DNA of 64,000 bases from Andalucia godoyi And28 (Eukaryota; Protista; Jakobida), in the NCBI GenBank assembly GCA_009859145.1, contig VRVR01000055.1, positions 84,062 to 148,061 on the forward strand, read 5' to 3'. The notes beneath the pieces were generated by a model that worked only from the letters and a program-made list of their open reading frames with translations, did not search any database and was not told the origin of the DNA. A program made the translations under genes and the position numbers. Below are positions 40,522-52,483 of this stretch, one piece after another; the first letter of the stretch is position 1; the number at the start of each line of letters is the position of its first letter.

Positions 40522-41126
40522 ATAGTTCCACTTTGTTTATAATTTTTAAAAAACATTTTCGCACACTGCAGCGACTTTGGAGCCGATCCAACTCGGTTAA
40601 TCCCAGCTTGTACTGGTTTGTTCAAGCTGCAAAGAAGAGACGACATATACTTGTAGAATGAAGTTGCTGGACGGGTACACCTTGCTCTTCATACGGCCAT
40701 TTGTGTTGGGAGAAAAACATAATTCTATCTTTGATTCATTGTGTTCTCTCCCCACCCGAAACTGTATGAAAATTGCGTTCTAATGACAAATGAGAGCTTT
40801 TTTGGAAAATCGCTTTCCGGTGATGTCAGATTGCATCAAGCGGCAAACAGGAGCGCTTCGTCCGTGCAGATTACTTCATCATTTCCATGCTTCTCCCTAC
40901 TGCATTGAACAGGCGTCCATGCTCTTCTTTGGTGGTCGCTTCCGTCCCCTTTTCTCGGATGAAACTCTCGCAACTGCCAGATTCTTCGTTTTTCCGTGGT
41001 TCGTTGGTGTTGGGGGTGAAAGACTTCCATTAGTATGATGATCTCAATATAGGAAGGAAACAACAGCAGATTTCATAACATACACCTCCTATTTAACCAA
41101 CCCGCGGTGGTGGAACATCAAAGCGA

Positions 41127-44100
41127 ATGTTAGGAATTGTTGAAGACAGTGATGGAGAAGATGTTGAATCCTCAAAGCACCCTTTTTCGCTCCTCAGTCC
41201 ACGTTTTGCCGCTTTATTTGCGACCGGATCTCTGTTTCAACAGTATCTGTGGCAGCCGGCAATCACACATTTGTTGTGGTTCGTGTCGATGACTGTCTTT
41301 GGGTTTTCGTGGTTTTTTCGTGACGACATGCGGACATCCATGAGGGATTCCAGCGCAGCGACTGCAATCACCTGGATATTATTTGTCCTGTCCTTCCTCT
41401 CGCTGTTCTTGTTCTTTGTTCTCTATGCGCGACTCGCACAGGGAGACTCTGGAAAGTCCGTGCTGGATCGGATGGCGCGTTGGCTGTCGTGGATTATTCT
41501 GTCCACCCTGCCCGTCCACTATCTGATGCTGAGAGCATACGCGTTGGACGCAAATGGTATCGCCTCCTCTCGAATTGGCAGTCCGGAAAGCATCATCTTG
41601 TTTGTGCACATCGGTTGGACGTTCCTCACGTCCGGGCTATACATGTCGCTTTTCTGCACGCTGACCACGCCTCTCAGCTTTGCCATCCAGTCAGTGTCTA
41701 TCGGATACTTTCCGTTTGTGCTCTTCTCGCTCGAAGGATTGATATTCCTTCTTGATTTTGTGTCCATAGCTGTTGGCCAGAGACTCGTGTTCTACATTGC
41801 GTCTTCTGTGCTGTGTGTGTTCATCCTTGCTGCCGGGCTGTACGTGCTTCCCTGGAATACGCAGGAAGGCAATCTTCTTGCGATGTACCCGTTTGTCGTC
41901 ATTCTCTTTATGAATGGAATGGAGGCATCATCAACACGCTCCGCAGCGATCGTCGTTCCCGTGGCTGTCTGCTGCCTTTTTCTCTTGTGGGCTGTCACGA
42001 TTGCCAGCTTCCGTCGCCACACCTTGTTTGCCGCGAGAGAAGCGGGATCGGGGTTGGACATGTTCGAGCGTGATCTGTACGCATTGTCAAAGGCTCCGAA
42101 TGCATTGGCCTGCCATCTGATTTTGCGGAACATGATTCGCAGGATCCTGCACTTGCCGGAGAATCACTCCTTTCCGTTCTGCTTGCGGTCGGAAACCATC
42201 AGTGTGCCGCCCGATCAAGCCCAGGAGGTTCTGCAGCTATTGGACAGTGTTCTAGATATTTTCTCGCTGTCGACCTTCCTTGCATCTCAGTATTGCTTGA
42301 CGCGGTACTTGCTGAATCTTTCGGTTGGCCGTGCTACTACTACCTGGATTTTGCCTTCTGTCATCGTGAGACTTGCACTCATGCAAAAGGTCACGTCTCT
42401 CTGGTCAGCATCCACGAGCTTTGAGTTTTTCCACGGTCTTACCTTTTTGCGTTCAACAATGCAGGCAGTTGGCTCCGATGGCAACCTTAGCCTGTACCGC
42501 ATCCGCGCCGAAATCAACGCACTCGATCGTATTCGTCGCGACATCATTGCTGGTATCGCCATATTTTGGAAAGAAGTCATGAGCACCACTTCGCATTCCG
42601 AGGTGGAGCTACAAACAAAAATGTTTGTATCGAAACACAACTTCTTTCACAAGTGGACGAATCGCTCGTGGGAGAGCTCGTTTGACTTGTCTCGGTTGTG
42701 GGGCATCTTGGCTTACATCGAATCCCTGGAGAACAAGGGGTCTTTGATCATTCAACGGTTGCAGCGCATTCCCATGGTGACCCCCGAGATGTTGCGCTGC
42801 CACGCAAGGTGGCTGGACGACGTCGAGCACAATACAGAAGTTGCCGCAAGGTTGCTCGTTCAGGCAGATACGCTTGAAGACCATATTGCCCGTCTGTCCA
42901 GGGAAGCGAGTCGGCAGTTCAGTGTGCGAAGACCGCGCCAGCCTTCGTACGTCAGCAGCAAAGAGTCTGTTCTTCCCACCAATGCGGGACTTCCATCGCT
43001 AGGTACCTCGTCTGCTCCAAGTGAAATTCGATCGGATGAAGGCAATCCTGCTGGGGGACTGCCAGCAAGTTCCAGAAACCTACCGTCTCCCGGGTCGCTG
43101 GGCGATGACGAGAGCGTAGAGCCAACATACTCCTCGGAGTCGATGAACGGGTCGGGAAAGGGCTCTTCTGAAGCTCGACGGCTGAAGGGGCTGCGGTCTG
43201 CTGTCATGAATCGGAGTTCGTCGACGATTTGGGGTATGCGTATGGCGATTCTCGTTACGCTGCTTGTGTCCATGGCTCTGGTTATTGCACTGTTTGCAAT
43301 CTCGCGCTTTGTGATTCGCTCTCCAGTCACGACGCAGTTTCTTTCAAACTCAATTTCCTACGACGGTGTGGTGCAGAGCAGCAATGAAAATGCAGCGACA
43401 CTGCCGCTGGAAGCAGCGTCCCGTCTGATGCGGCCTATTGGCATGCTTGCACTCATGTATCGTACCATGGGACTGCCGTTTTTCTTGTCCTCCACAGAGA
43501 TTGATTTTGCCAAGCTGGCGCTTCCTGAACTTCTTTCTGCATTCCGCGGAATGTTAAAGGTTGTGCTGGACGAGGAGCACCCAGTGTCCATCGACTCTTA
43601 TTGGAGAACTGTTGCAGCCGATATGTCCTTCTTTGTGGAGGTTCCGTTTCCTCTCTCGAACAGCAGTGCGCAGAACATTACCATCTCCAGTAACTATGCG
43701 CACATCTTTTCTCCAATCTCCGTTGCAAGCGTTCTCCGGGCGTATGAGCCAGTGCTGCAACAGGTCGTTGAGTGCTCTCAAGACCCGATGTTGTTTGGCT
43801 GGCAGTTTTACGCAAACACGTCGTATCCATTTTCCAATTTGCGCAACATCTGCATTGAATCCTTGCTGTCAGGCTGGTTTAATAGTTTGGTTACTGCGTG
43901 GAACGCTGCACAACGGTCTGTCCCGTTTTACCAAAAGGAGACTGAGCACTACGTAGATGATCTCTTCAACATCGTACTTACTTGTGCACTGTGTGCCTTT
44001 TGCATTACGCTGGCTTGCTTGATGTTCATCATCATACCATTTCTGGTGAAGACCCACAGCGACCAAACGAGGATGATGTTCCTTAATTTGGATTTCAACA

Positions 44101-46529
44101 AGTATGCACTTAGCGAGGAACATGCTCGCATTGTGAAGGACCTGTCCAATCAGAACATTAACAGCGTGAGCCGACGAAAAGGATCAACGGAGGGCATTCG
44201 TCAGCAGATGGGCACTCCACGGAGCAAAATATCCGATCAGAAGGACCCTGGTTCGACACACAGTGCAGAGTCTCGTTTGACTGGCCAGTCGGCTTCGGTT
44301 TTTGCGAGCAAATGGAATGCTCATCGGTATCTTTATGCGGGCCTCTTAATTGTCGCCGCCGTGCTGATCATCATGCTGTACTGCCAGGTTTTCACGCTCG
44401 TGCTGTTTTTGAACGTGTCAGACACGCGGAAGGCGATCTATGAAGTCGAGTATTTGTCCGCAGTGCAGGGAATGCTTTCGCGGGCGGTCGGATCGGCCAT
44501 TGAACTGTTTCCGATTTCCTATCCAACGGTGCTCAAGATAGCTTATCCCCAGTTTCCGGAAGCGCTGCTCTCTGCGGTGTATGTCCAAACGTCTCAGCAG
44601 CTTTCCGCACAAGCTCTTCAGAACTGGGCCTATTTGATCAGCGGTGATGATTCGCACACCGGCGGGATCCCAGGTTACTCGAGCGATATTCGCGACGCTC
44701 TATTCACACCGCGCTCTGCCTCCTTGTATCCTACGTATTTTCCAGACGTCGCTGCCCGTTCTCTCGCTGCAGACATCTCCACCGTGTATGACGACATCGT
44801 CAGCATGATCGCGACAGGAGTTGACGAGACTGTGTTGTGGTCAGTGTACAAGAGCCGTCTCCAGCCACTGTTGTTTTCGATCATTCCAGAAAAGATGGAC
44901 ACAGTGTATCGCCTCCTTGTTTCGTACTACAGGAACCGAAGTGACGCGTACGTGACTGTTGTGAATGTGCTGTTTGTTGTTTCTTTCATTGGGTTTCCTC
45001 TTATTTACGTTTTGTGTTTCCACAGGGCGCTGCGGCACTTGGAACGTCGGGAGTTGCAGATGCGAAAGATTTTGTGCTCGCTGTCTCTTGATGCACTGTA
45101 CTCGAATCCTCGCGCGGTCACGTTCATGTCGTCAGGAATGCTGGTTGAAGCGGCCCAATTGAGAACAAAGAAGACGCGGGAGTCCATGTCATCGAGTGTG
45201 TCGCAGTATTCGTCCGAAGAAGACGACGTAGAATCAAGATCTGAAACAAAATCGGGCGTGACGTTCAGCAGAAAGGCTGATGTGAAGGCAGATTCCAAAT
45301 ACGTCTCGCATTTTCCGATGCTGACAGGCCCACAGTGGATCGTGCGCACCATGCCCGCTGCGTTGTGCCAGGTTATTGGTACTTGCCCGACAAAGTCAAA
45401 AGCAGATGTGCGGTTTGTGGTTCACGAGTCTAACATGAAGTTCCTGCGCATGTTTCGTCGCACCGAGTTCGATGCCTTGGGCACGCCGCTGGAGGAATTT
45501 TTCGTGAGAGACGACGCATTTGTGGATTTCGATAAGTTTTTATCGCAAGTAGACCCGTTGGAGGCACCCGTGGGTTCTCGGGAGTTCCGGCTGCATGGAC
45601 AACGTGGCTCTCGAAATCGATCGAACTCTTCCGCAGACTTGTCCTTGGGCGATAGCTCCGCGTCTCCCACTGGCAAACCGAGAGAATCTAGTGTGTTTCC
45701 GTGTGCGGTGACTGCCATTTCGAATGGTGCTGAGCTGCATCGTCGCGGCCGTGTTGTTTACGATATTTACATTCGCGATATTTCGATCGAGCTGATGCAC
45801 CGCGCCTTGTTGGAAGCCGAGAAGCAAAAGTCGACTGATCTGCTGCTGAACATGATGCCTGCTCCGATTGTGGACCGTCTGAAGCGCAACGAACGACCCA
45901 TCGCCTTCTCGCACTCCAATGTCTCGTGCGTCTTCATCGACATTGTCGGGTTTTCAACCATGTGCCAGAATCGAATTGCGGAAGGCCCGGGTGCAATAGT
46001 GTCGCTTCTGGACAACCTGTACACACGGTTTGATGTCGCCGCGGACTCATTCCACGTCTTCAAGGTGAAGATCATCGGCGACTGCTGGTTTGGGGCGACC
46101 GGTCTCCGGTTCTCCAACACGTATGGATCACCGCAGGAGCGAAGCCACGACATTCGCAAGGACGCACTGGCGGCCGTGCAGTTCTGTTTGGAAGTTATCG
46201 GCATCGCAAATGAATTCGGGATGCATGTGCGCTGCGGAGTTCATACGGGTCCAGTAGTGTCCGGGGTCATTTCGAAGAACCGGTACTTGTACGATATCTA
46301 CGGCCTTTCTGTGAACTACGCAGCCCGGCTTGAGCAAGCGTGCCCGAAGGTCGACGGCATTCACCTCAGTCGCGAGACCTGCGAGCTCATCAGCCCGTGG
46401 TACAAGTTCTCCAGCGTCAACTCCGTGTTCAAAGGGCATGAGAGCGCCATCACGTATTTGCTTGGGGCGGAAAGAGAGGTTCCCGAGGATCTTGCATCCG
46501 ATGCTAATCACTTGGCAGTAGAGGAATAA
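41127..46529 (+). CDS. Multi-TM, PAS-containing class III adenylyl cyclase, paralog 2
   Basis: Same domain order as 34839..40223. Cyclase motifs FIDIVGFS, FKVKIIGDCW, RCGVHTGPV and YDIYGLSVNYAARLE (K/D pair, N/R retained). Confidence 0.9.
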   Translation: MLGIVEDSDGEDVESSKHPFSLLSPRFAALFATGSLFQQYLWQPAITHLLWFVSMTVFGFSWFFRDDMRTSMRDSSAATAITWILFVLSFLSLFLFFVLYARLAQGDSGKSVLDRMARWLSWIILSTLPVHYLMLRAYALDANGIASSRIGSPESIILFVHIGWTFLTSGLYMSLFCTLTTPLSFAIQSVSIGYFPFVLFSLEGLIFLLDFVSIAVGQRLVFYIASSVLCVFILAAGLYVLPWNTQEGNLLAMYPFVVILFMNGMEASSTRSAAIVVPVAVCCLFLLWAVTIASFRRHTLFAAREAGSGLDMFERDLYALSKAPNALACHLILRNMIRRILHLPENHSFPFCLRSETISVPPDQAQEVLQLLDSVLDIFSLSTFLASQYCLTRYLLNLSVGRATTTWILPSVIVRLALMQKVTSLWSASTSFEFFHGLTFLRSTMQAVGSDGNLSLYRIRAEINALDRIRRDIIAGIAIFWKEVMSTTSHSEVELQTKMFVSKHNFFHKWTNRSWESSFDLSRLWGILAYIESLENKGSLIIQRLQRIPMVTPEMLRCHARWLDDVEHNTEVAARLLVQADTLEDHIARLSREASRQFSVRRPRQPSYVSSKESVLPTNAGLPSLGTSSAPSEIRSDEGNPAGGLPASSRNLPSPGSLGDDESVEPTYSSESMNGSGKGSSEARRLKGLRSAVMNRSSSTIWGMRMAILVTLLVSMALVIALFAISRFVIRSPVTTQFLSNSISYDGVVQSSNENAATLPLEAASRLMRPIGMLALMYRTMGLPFFLSSTEIDFAKLALPELLSAFRGMLKVVLDEEHPVSIDSYWRTVAADMSFFVEVPFPLSNSSAQNITISSNYAHIFSPISVASVLRAYEPVLQQVVECSQDPMLFGWQFYANTSYPFSNLRNICIESLLSGWFNSLVTAWNAAQRSVPFYQKETEHYVDDLFNIVLTCALCAFCITLACLMFIIIPFLVKTHSDQTRMMFLNLDFNKYALSEEHARIVKDLSNQNINSVSRRKGSTEGIRQQMGTPRSKISDQKDPGSTHSAESRLTGQSASVFASKWNAHRYLYAGLLIVAAVLIIMLYCQVFTLVLFLNVSDTRKAIYEVEYLSAVQGMLSRAVGSAIELFPISYPTVLKIAYPQFPEALLSAVYVQTSQQLSAQALQNWAYLISGDDSHTGGIPGYSSDIRDALFTPRSASLYPTYFPDVAARSLAADISTVYDDIVSMIATGVDETVLWSVYKSRLQPLLFSIIPEKMDTVYRLLVSYYRNRSDAYVTVVNVLFVVSFIGFPLIYVLCFHRALRHLERRELQMRKILCSLSLDALYSNPRAVTFMSSGMLVEAAQLRTKKTRESMSSSVSQYSSEEDDVESRSETKSGVTFSRKADVKADSKYVSHFPMLTGPQWIVRTMPAALCQVIGTCPTKSKADVRFVVHESNMKFLRMFRRTEFDALGTPLEEFFVRDDAFVDFDKFLSQVDPLEAPVGSREFRLHGQRGSRNRSNSSADLSLGDSSASPTGKPRESSVFPCAVTAISNGAELHRRGRVVYDIYIRDISIELMHRALLEAEKQKSTDLLLNMMPAPIVDRLKRNERPIAFSHSNVSCVFIDIVGFSTMCQNRIAEGPGAIVSLLDNLYTRFDVAADSFHVFKVKIIGDCWFGATGLRFSNTYGSPQERSHDIRKDALAAVQFCLEVIGIANEFGMHVRCGVHTGPVVSGVISKNRYLYDIYGLSVNYAARLEQACPKVDGIHLSRETCELISPWYKFSSVNSVFKGHESAITYLLGAEREVPEDLASDANHLAVEE

Positions 46530-46988
46530 TTCCGTACCTATCAGTTGGTCACCGACATGTTTTGAACCCTCACTCGTTCAAGGATTAGTTGATCTGACGT
46601 TTCACAGCGTAGACGACTTACGGCCTGCTTCAGAATGTTTGCTGTAATCGCAAAAGTCGTCAGTAGACGACTGCGCATGTTCCATTGATTGTTTCCTATG
46701 ATCGGAACCGCTCATGACTGCCATGGTTTGGCAGTTCTTCCTACTCGAGGAACACCATGAAGATTCCTGCAGCATTGTGCGTTGTATAGCTCATTATCTT
46801 CTTGTTTGATCTACAGAATTGCCAAGGTTCACTGTTGGAAGTTTGATCGAGAACAGATTCCCAACGATGTATCGCATGATTCAGGGGGGTGATAGTAAAG
46901 ATTGACAGTTTATTTTTTAAAAACGAACGGATGCAGTCCAAACAGACTATGAACGAGATGCAGGAGTTGCGGCAGCACAATCGGAAGG

Positions 46989-49900
46989 CTACGGATTCAA
47001 TTTGTGCTTCTTGAGAATAGTCCCTAATGATTCTCGATGCACAGGCTTACCCAAGAAATCGTCCATTCCAACCTCGAAGCACCGTTTCCGGGTTTCGTGG
47101 AGGACATCTGCAGTGACAGCAATGATCGGAATTCGACGGTGTTCCGAAACTGATTTCTCCTCCATCCGAATCTTCGCCGTTGCTTCGAACCCGTCCATGT
47201 TAGGCATAAAACAGTCCATTAACACCACATTGTACTTCTGCGGATTCGCTTTGAACAAATCCACTGCTTGGAAGCCGTCACATGCAATGTCATAGTCCCA
47301 TTCGAGTTTCGAAAGATGTTTTGCCAACACTCGGGCATTCAAAGGATTGTCCTCGGCAACAAGCGCGCATTTCTGCGCATCCCTCAGTGCGCTCGCATCA
47401 GAATCGGAATGACCCTGAAATTCGTGCGCCGAAGCAATTTGGACGGAGAGCGTCATATTGTGCATTCCCTCATTCTGAACTGTTACCAACGTATCTTCGA
47501 TGGACAACAACGTCAACGGTTTGAATACTGTGTATATTTTGCACGACCTCAAAATGTCAGAAAACTGTCCAACTTTTTCAAAAATCTCTGCGGCAATGGG
47601 ATCGATGCGGAGAATGGACTCATCAAAACGGGCTTGAACAAGTGGCAAAAGATCCTCGGAATAAGAAATTCCATCGCTGCTCATGTAACTATCGCTCTTT
47701 CTTTCTGATGAATGGTGGACAGAATGGGAGCTGATAGACAACGACGAAGACGCTGACGATACAGTCGTCTGCAAAGAGTCTGCATTTGACTTCATCACTG
47801 ACGGCGGCATGATGTCGCGATGGACATCGAATTGGGCAGTGCACTCTCGATCCACAATCTTGGACATATGCTGAGACCGAATTCGAATAACGTAGTAGTT
47901 TCTCCAGGTGGCTTCTTTGATGAGCTGCAAGCACTCCAGTGCTTCAGAGACGGTAGGCAAATCGTGACACAAGCTTTCGTCTTCAATGATGATGATGTAT
48001 TTCCTGTCTAGCTGAAGGCGATGCTTCAGAGACGCTAATCCAGTGCACTGGATAATGTCAAATCCAAAGAACCGCATCAGCCACGCGATCGTGTCAAAGA
48101 AGGAGCCAGCTAGGATCAGCACCGTCGGATAGTTGTCGCGGAGCCATCCAATCTTGTTGGATACGACAAGACAGTCATCACGGAGCAATCGCATTGGTTT
48201 TGCTGTCGACAGCCGCAAAGGAAGACGGATAATGAATTCGGATCCGGAACCGACAGAACTGTCCACATCAATACGACCGTTCATGCGATCCACAATTTGT
48301 TTGCACAATGTCAAGCCCAGGCAAGAGCCACCGTATTTTCGCTTTGACACGGCCGATTCCTTCGGAAACAGTGGATTGAACAAATTGTCCAAAACGACCT
48401 GTTCCATTCCAATGCCCTCATCTCGAATGCTCACAACAATCGTCGCTTCATTCTCCTTGTCCATGAAATTCGGATCGATCTGCCGCAACAATACGACATT
48501 CATGAAGACCGAGCCACGAGGTTCTGTGTACTTGACGGCATTCCCAAGAACATTGATCAACACTTGATGAAGACGTTCCACATCAAAAACGGCGGCGGAA
48601 GGAATGTCAGGATGGATAGAAAGGAACAAACGAACTGCCCGGCGATCCGCAGCGACCTGCAGAATTCTCGAGGCTCTCTCAAACTGTTGCGGAAGCGGGG
48701 CTTCACGTTCCGCAAGGTCCATTGCGGAAGTCTCCAGCTGAAGCAACTCCAACAAGTTGTCGATCAACATCAATGCAGAAGTTGCAGACGAACAGGCAAG
48801 ATGGATTGTTTCCAGCGAAACTTCTTCCTTTCGAGCCAGATCATTGAGTGTGTCGAGAACATTGTTAAACGGCGTACGCATCTGATGCGACAAATGCGAC
48901 AAGAAACCTTTCCGCAGCTTGTCACTTTCCATAATCGCAAGTTTCTGAAATTCACTCTTCACAGCTCTTCTCTTTTCCAGCTGCACTGACAAATTCTGCA
49001 TTTGTGCATAAAAACCTTCTTGGACCATCCTGCAGACATCGACATCAGAGGGATCCCATCGTTCACTTCTACCCGAAATCGTTTGCAAATACGAGTCAAA
49101 CGACTCTTTAGGGAAAAACACACCACTTTCATTTGCTTCCTTTTGTGCCGGGTTACCAAGCCATTTGATCAGGCGATGCTTCTCAGGACGGAAAAATGCA
49201 AGAAAGTCAGCTCGGTTTGGAGATAGCGGAATGAAAACGGCGCCCGCCACATTCGCGTCAGCGCCACCTTCGATGTTCAAATGCAAGTCGTAGGGAAGCT
49301 GAGCGGGAAAATCCTCCTTGAGACACTCAATCACTTCAACAGGTGGAAGCAGCAAATTTGCCACTGGAGACTGGTAGGAAGATGGAGCTGACCGCTGCGG
49401 AGCAGAACGCGATCGCATCCACGAACACAGCTCCAGGAATGGTTCAACAGACGGACACTGATCGGAGACGAAAGCATTTCCAGCGACTTTGAGTATCATA
49501 AGAGGTGAGCGAAGCCGGATCATCAGCATCGTACTCGCACAGCGTAACCACTGCGAGAGCGCGGCATGGGCGGGATTTGCTTCTTCATCGTGTACATCGA
49601 AGACCAATTTCGATAGAGCAGCCTGGACTAATCGAAAATCTGCACTCCATGTGGCTATCTGCATCTGCCTGATTTTCTCGGAAATAGTGGTGGAGGCGAG
49701 TTTGGAGAGACACTCGCACAGCGATCGAACATGCAACGGTGGAAAGAAGGGAGAATAGTGGTGGCAGGAAACAAGTCCCCAAAGTCTCCCCTCGACAACA
49801 ATGCTCAGAGACAGGGAGGCACGCACTTTCATGTTTTTCAAGTACTGTATATGAACAGACGAGACACTGCGAAGGAAGCTGTTCGATAGATCTATCGCAG

Positions 49901-50754
49901 ACGAAGTCGGCAAGATCCTCGAATTTCCGATGTCCACGTCTGGAATGCAGCGAATGGGATTCCTTACGTACAGCGATCGTGCAATAAGCGGAATGTCGGA
50001 TGCAGGGAAGTGCAGCCCGTAATACGAAGTGGTAACTGCATCGCGCTTCCATTCGCAAATAACATCTCCAGACTCGTCAGAAACGTCGAATTCATAAACC
50101 ATGCAGCGGTCGCATCCAAGGAATTCAAAGACCTGCGTTCCCACGACTGCACAAACATCATGCAGTGATTTGCAACAAGACATACGTTCGTTCATGGTGG
50201 TGATGCCACGTCTGTACATTTCCACATATTGAAGAGAGTTCGAGGGCCACGAAGATGCAACACGATGCGCAGGACGCGCGACCTCGGCACAGTCCAGTTC
50301 CAGAACTAGAGTACCTTTTGTCATAAAAGTAAAAGCAGGAAAGTGCTTCAGTGTAACGTTGCCGCGTTGCTCCTCTGCAACACATCCTCGATTCTGATTC
50401 ACGTATTCGACAAGCGGACCAGGTTCATTGATGTACACAGAAATAGGACCAAACCTCGAAGTTTCGCCAGCGAAACGCAAGGGTTTTGGAGTACAACAAG
50501 TTCAGTTCCTTGGTGAGACCCCCATCAAAGATTTCCACAGAATCGATTAGAACCGATAGAGGCTGATTGAGAAGTCCGTCGGCTGAAAAACCAAGGTGAT
50601 CCTTCACATTGTCGGAGATGTTCAAGATGAACGGGGGCTGCGAATCAGAATTGTTGGCATTGAATGATATACCAATGAGGACCCCATAGTTGAGCACAAG
50701 CCCAGAAAAAGGCAGTGGCTCCTTCTCACAAGAGTCTATGAACAGCTTTTGCAT
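46989..50754 (-). CDS. Phytochrome hybrid histidine kinase (PAS-GAF-PHY-HisKA-HATPase-degenerate REC-REC), biliverdin/N-terminal-Cys type
   Basis: ORF 50425..50754 gives SCEKEP..G/PAS2. ORF 46989..50480 gives GAF (MVYEF, HFPASDIP, LRSVSSVHIQYL, LWGLVSCHH), PHY (WLGNP..PKESF), H-box SHQMRTP, N-box GNAVKYT, G boxes and REC (EDNPLN, LMDCFMP, GKP). A phase-0 61-nt GT-AG intron at 50454-50394, or one extra C near 50481, joins the two ORFs. Confidence 0.93.
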
Positions 50755-51084
50755 GATGAGAGCACTTCAGTAGAACTGATTGAAGAGAGAGAAGAGAGAA
50801 GGAAAAGTTTTAGGAGGAAAAGTCAAAAGACAAGACGAGAGCTCGGGCTTTTCAGAAGGAAATTCGAACACAGAAGCAAGTCCCAACAAAGGACCGCCAA
50901 TTGTTCAACTTTCGCTGCCATCTCACTTTTTTCCCAGTCGTCGAACTCGGTTTGTTCTTATGTTCATCGAATTTTTGGAATCTGAATTCCCTCTCCCCTT
51001 GACACGCATTTCTTAAATTGGCAGACCACATCTTTTTTGTCGCGCGAATCGTTGATCATTCAAACTGAAATATAATGCCATTCG

Positions 51085-52483
51085 ATGGGACATCCGAAGA
51101 AGAAGCTGAAGAAACGATCGCAGCATTCGTCCCGCTGTGACGAGCCGCCGACTTCGGTCCCAGCCCCATCCGCGACATCTCCGTTTCCTTCACAAGATAC
51201 AGTATTATCAAGCACGGCATTGGTTTCGTATCCAAATGATCGCAGAAGAGTGCAATCTGCAGAATTCGTTCGCTTTCCTTTTTCTGTTCGACAATCGCTT
51301 TCAGTTCCATCTCTTTATTCCCATCTTGCCCCCAGCGCTGTGCATGCCGAAAGAACGCCGCCTCAAACCGTTCCAAGGTCGCTTGTACCATACAGCTCTG
51401 ATTACGTAGGGTGTCCACAGTATCACAAGTATCCTTCGATGTTTCCGTCATTCCCTCATCAGCCGCATCCACATCTTCACAGCAACATCACTTCTCATGG
51501 ACAGATCGTGGTTTCAAGACTTGAACAACATCTGCAACATGGATACACACAGCCGTCACCGGGTACAAGCTCTGTCTGTGGCCCACAACCGTTGCCTGCT
51601 GACCATCCGACCAGCAGCTGGTTTCAGTTGTTTTCGTGCGAGCGCTGCCGTCTGAAGCATCAAAGTTGCGGAAGAGAAGGTCCTCCATGTGCGCGCTGCG
51701 CAGAGATCGGAGAAGAATGCAAGTATGTCGGAAAGCCTCCGGGTCGTCCATCGAGACTCGCCAATAAGTATGAAGACCAGCGGAATGACTGGATGATGCG
51801 AGACACCAGAGGCTCTTTGAGCACGGAAATTTTCTGGAATTGTCTCTGCTCAACCTCTGACACTGCAGCGTGAGGCTCCAGCTGCCATGCGTCGAGAGGA
51901 AAAACCGCTTGCGAGCATACTTAGCAGAGACCAAATGAACGACGACGATGACGTTGGCTATTCTGATCCGCATGCTTCTCGTAGTCAACGTTCAACTTCT
52001 GCACCATCAGAAACCTCGAATGGCCGGGAGAGGGAAGCACAATCGGAACCAAGCAGACAGCGACGGCGAGCTGCCATTGCACTTTTGGCCGACAACACTG
52101 AGCGGATGTCTGCCAGCCGTCAGCGCCCAGATCCGAAAGCCATTCGTGCGGATGGCTCATTCGATGATCGTAGCAAAGAAGGTTCGAACCACGCTGCAGT
52201 GAATTTCAGCAGCTGCACCGAGCTCCTTCAGCGGGAAATGTCCTCATCGACAGCTGTATCGCCTCCTGATGTTCATTCCGAGGCTCACTTGCCTTCGACA
52301 GCCGACTTTCTAGTGGGTCTCTCCGTGCCAGTTGAGAAGTTGCGGATCAACGGACGACAGGCAACGGACGTTTTTCCTGCTCTTGACCGACTGTCGGCTG
52401 CTTGCTATCCCGTATCTGTGCTGTCGGAGACATCCTCCCTGCAGCTGCTGAACCAGTTGAACCAGCTAGGCGATATTCTTTAA
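51085..52483 (+). CDS. Zn2Cys6 transcription factor (paralog A), frame break near 51820-51870
   Basis: WFQLFSCERCRLKHQSCGREGPPCARCAEIGEECKYVGKPPGRPSRL; S/P-rich N-terminus. ORF 51887..52483 appears to continue it in the +1 frame, and 52696..53265 may be a further segment. Confidence 0.75.

Noticed and set aside
46989-50754. Bacterial contaminant origin of the phytochrome
   Set aside because: It is embedded between eukaryote-type genes (Zn2Cys6, F-box, TmcB-like cyclases), has no operonic heme oxygenase and may contain a spliceosomal intron.
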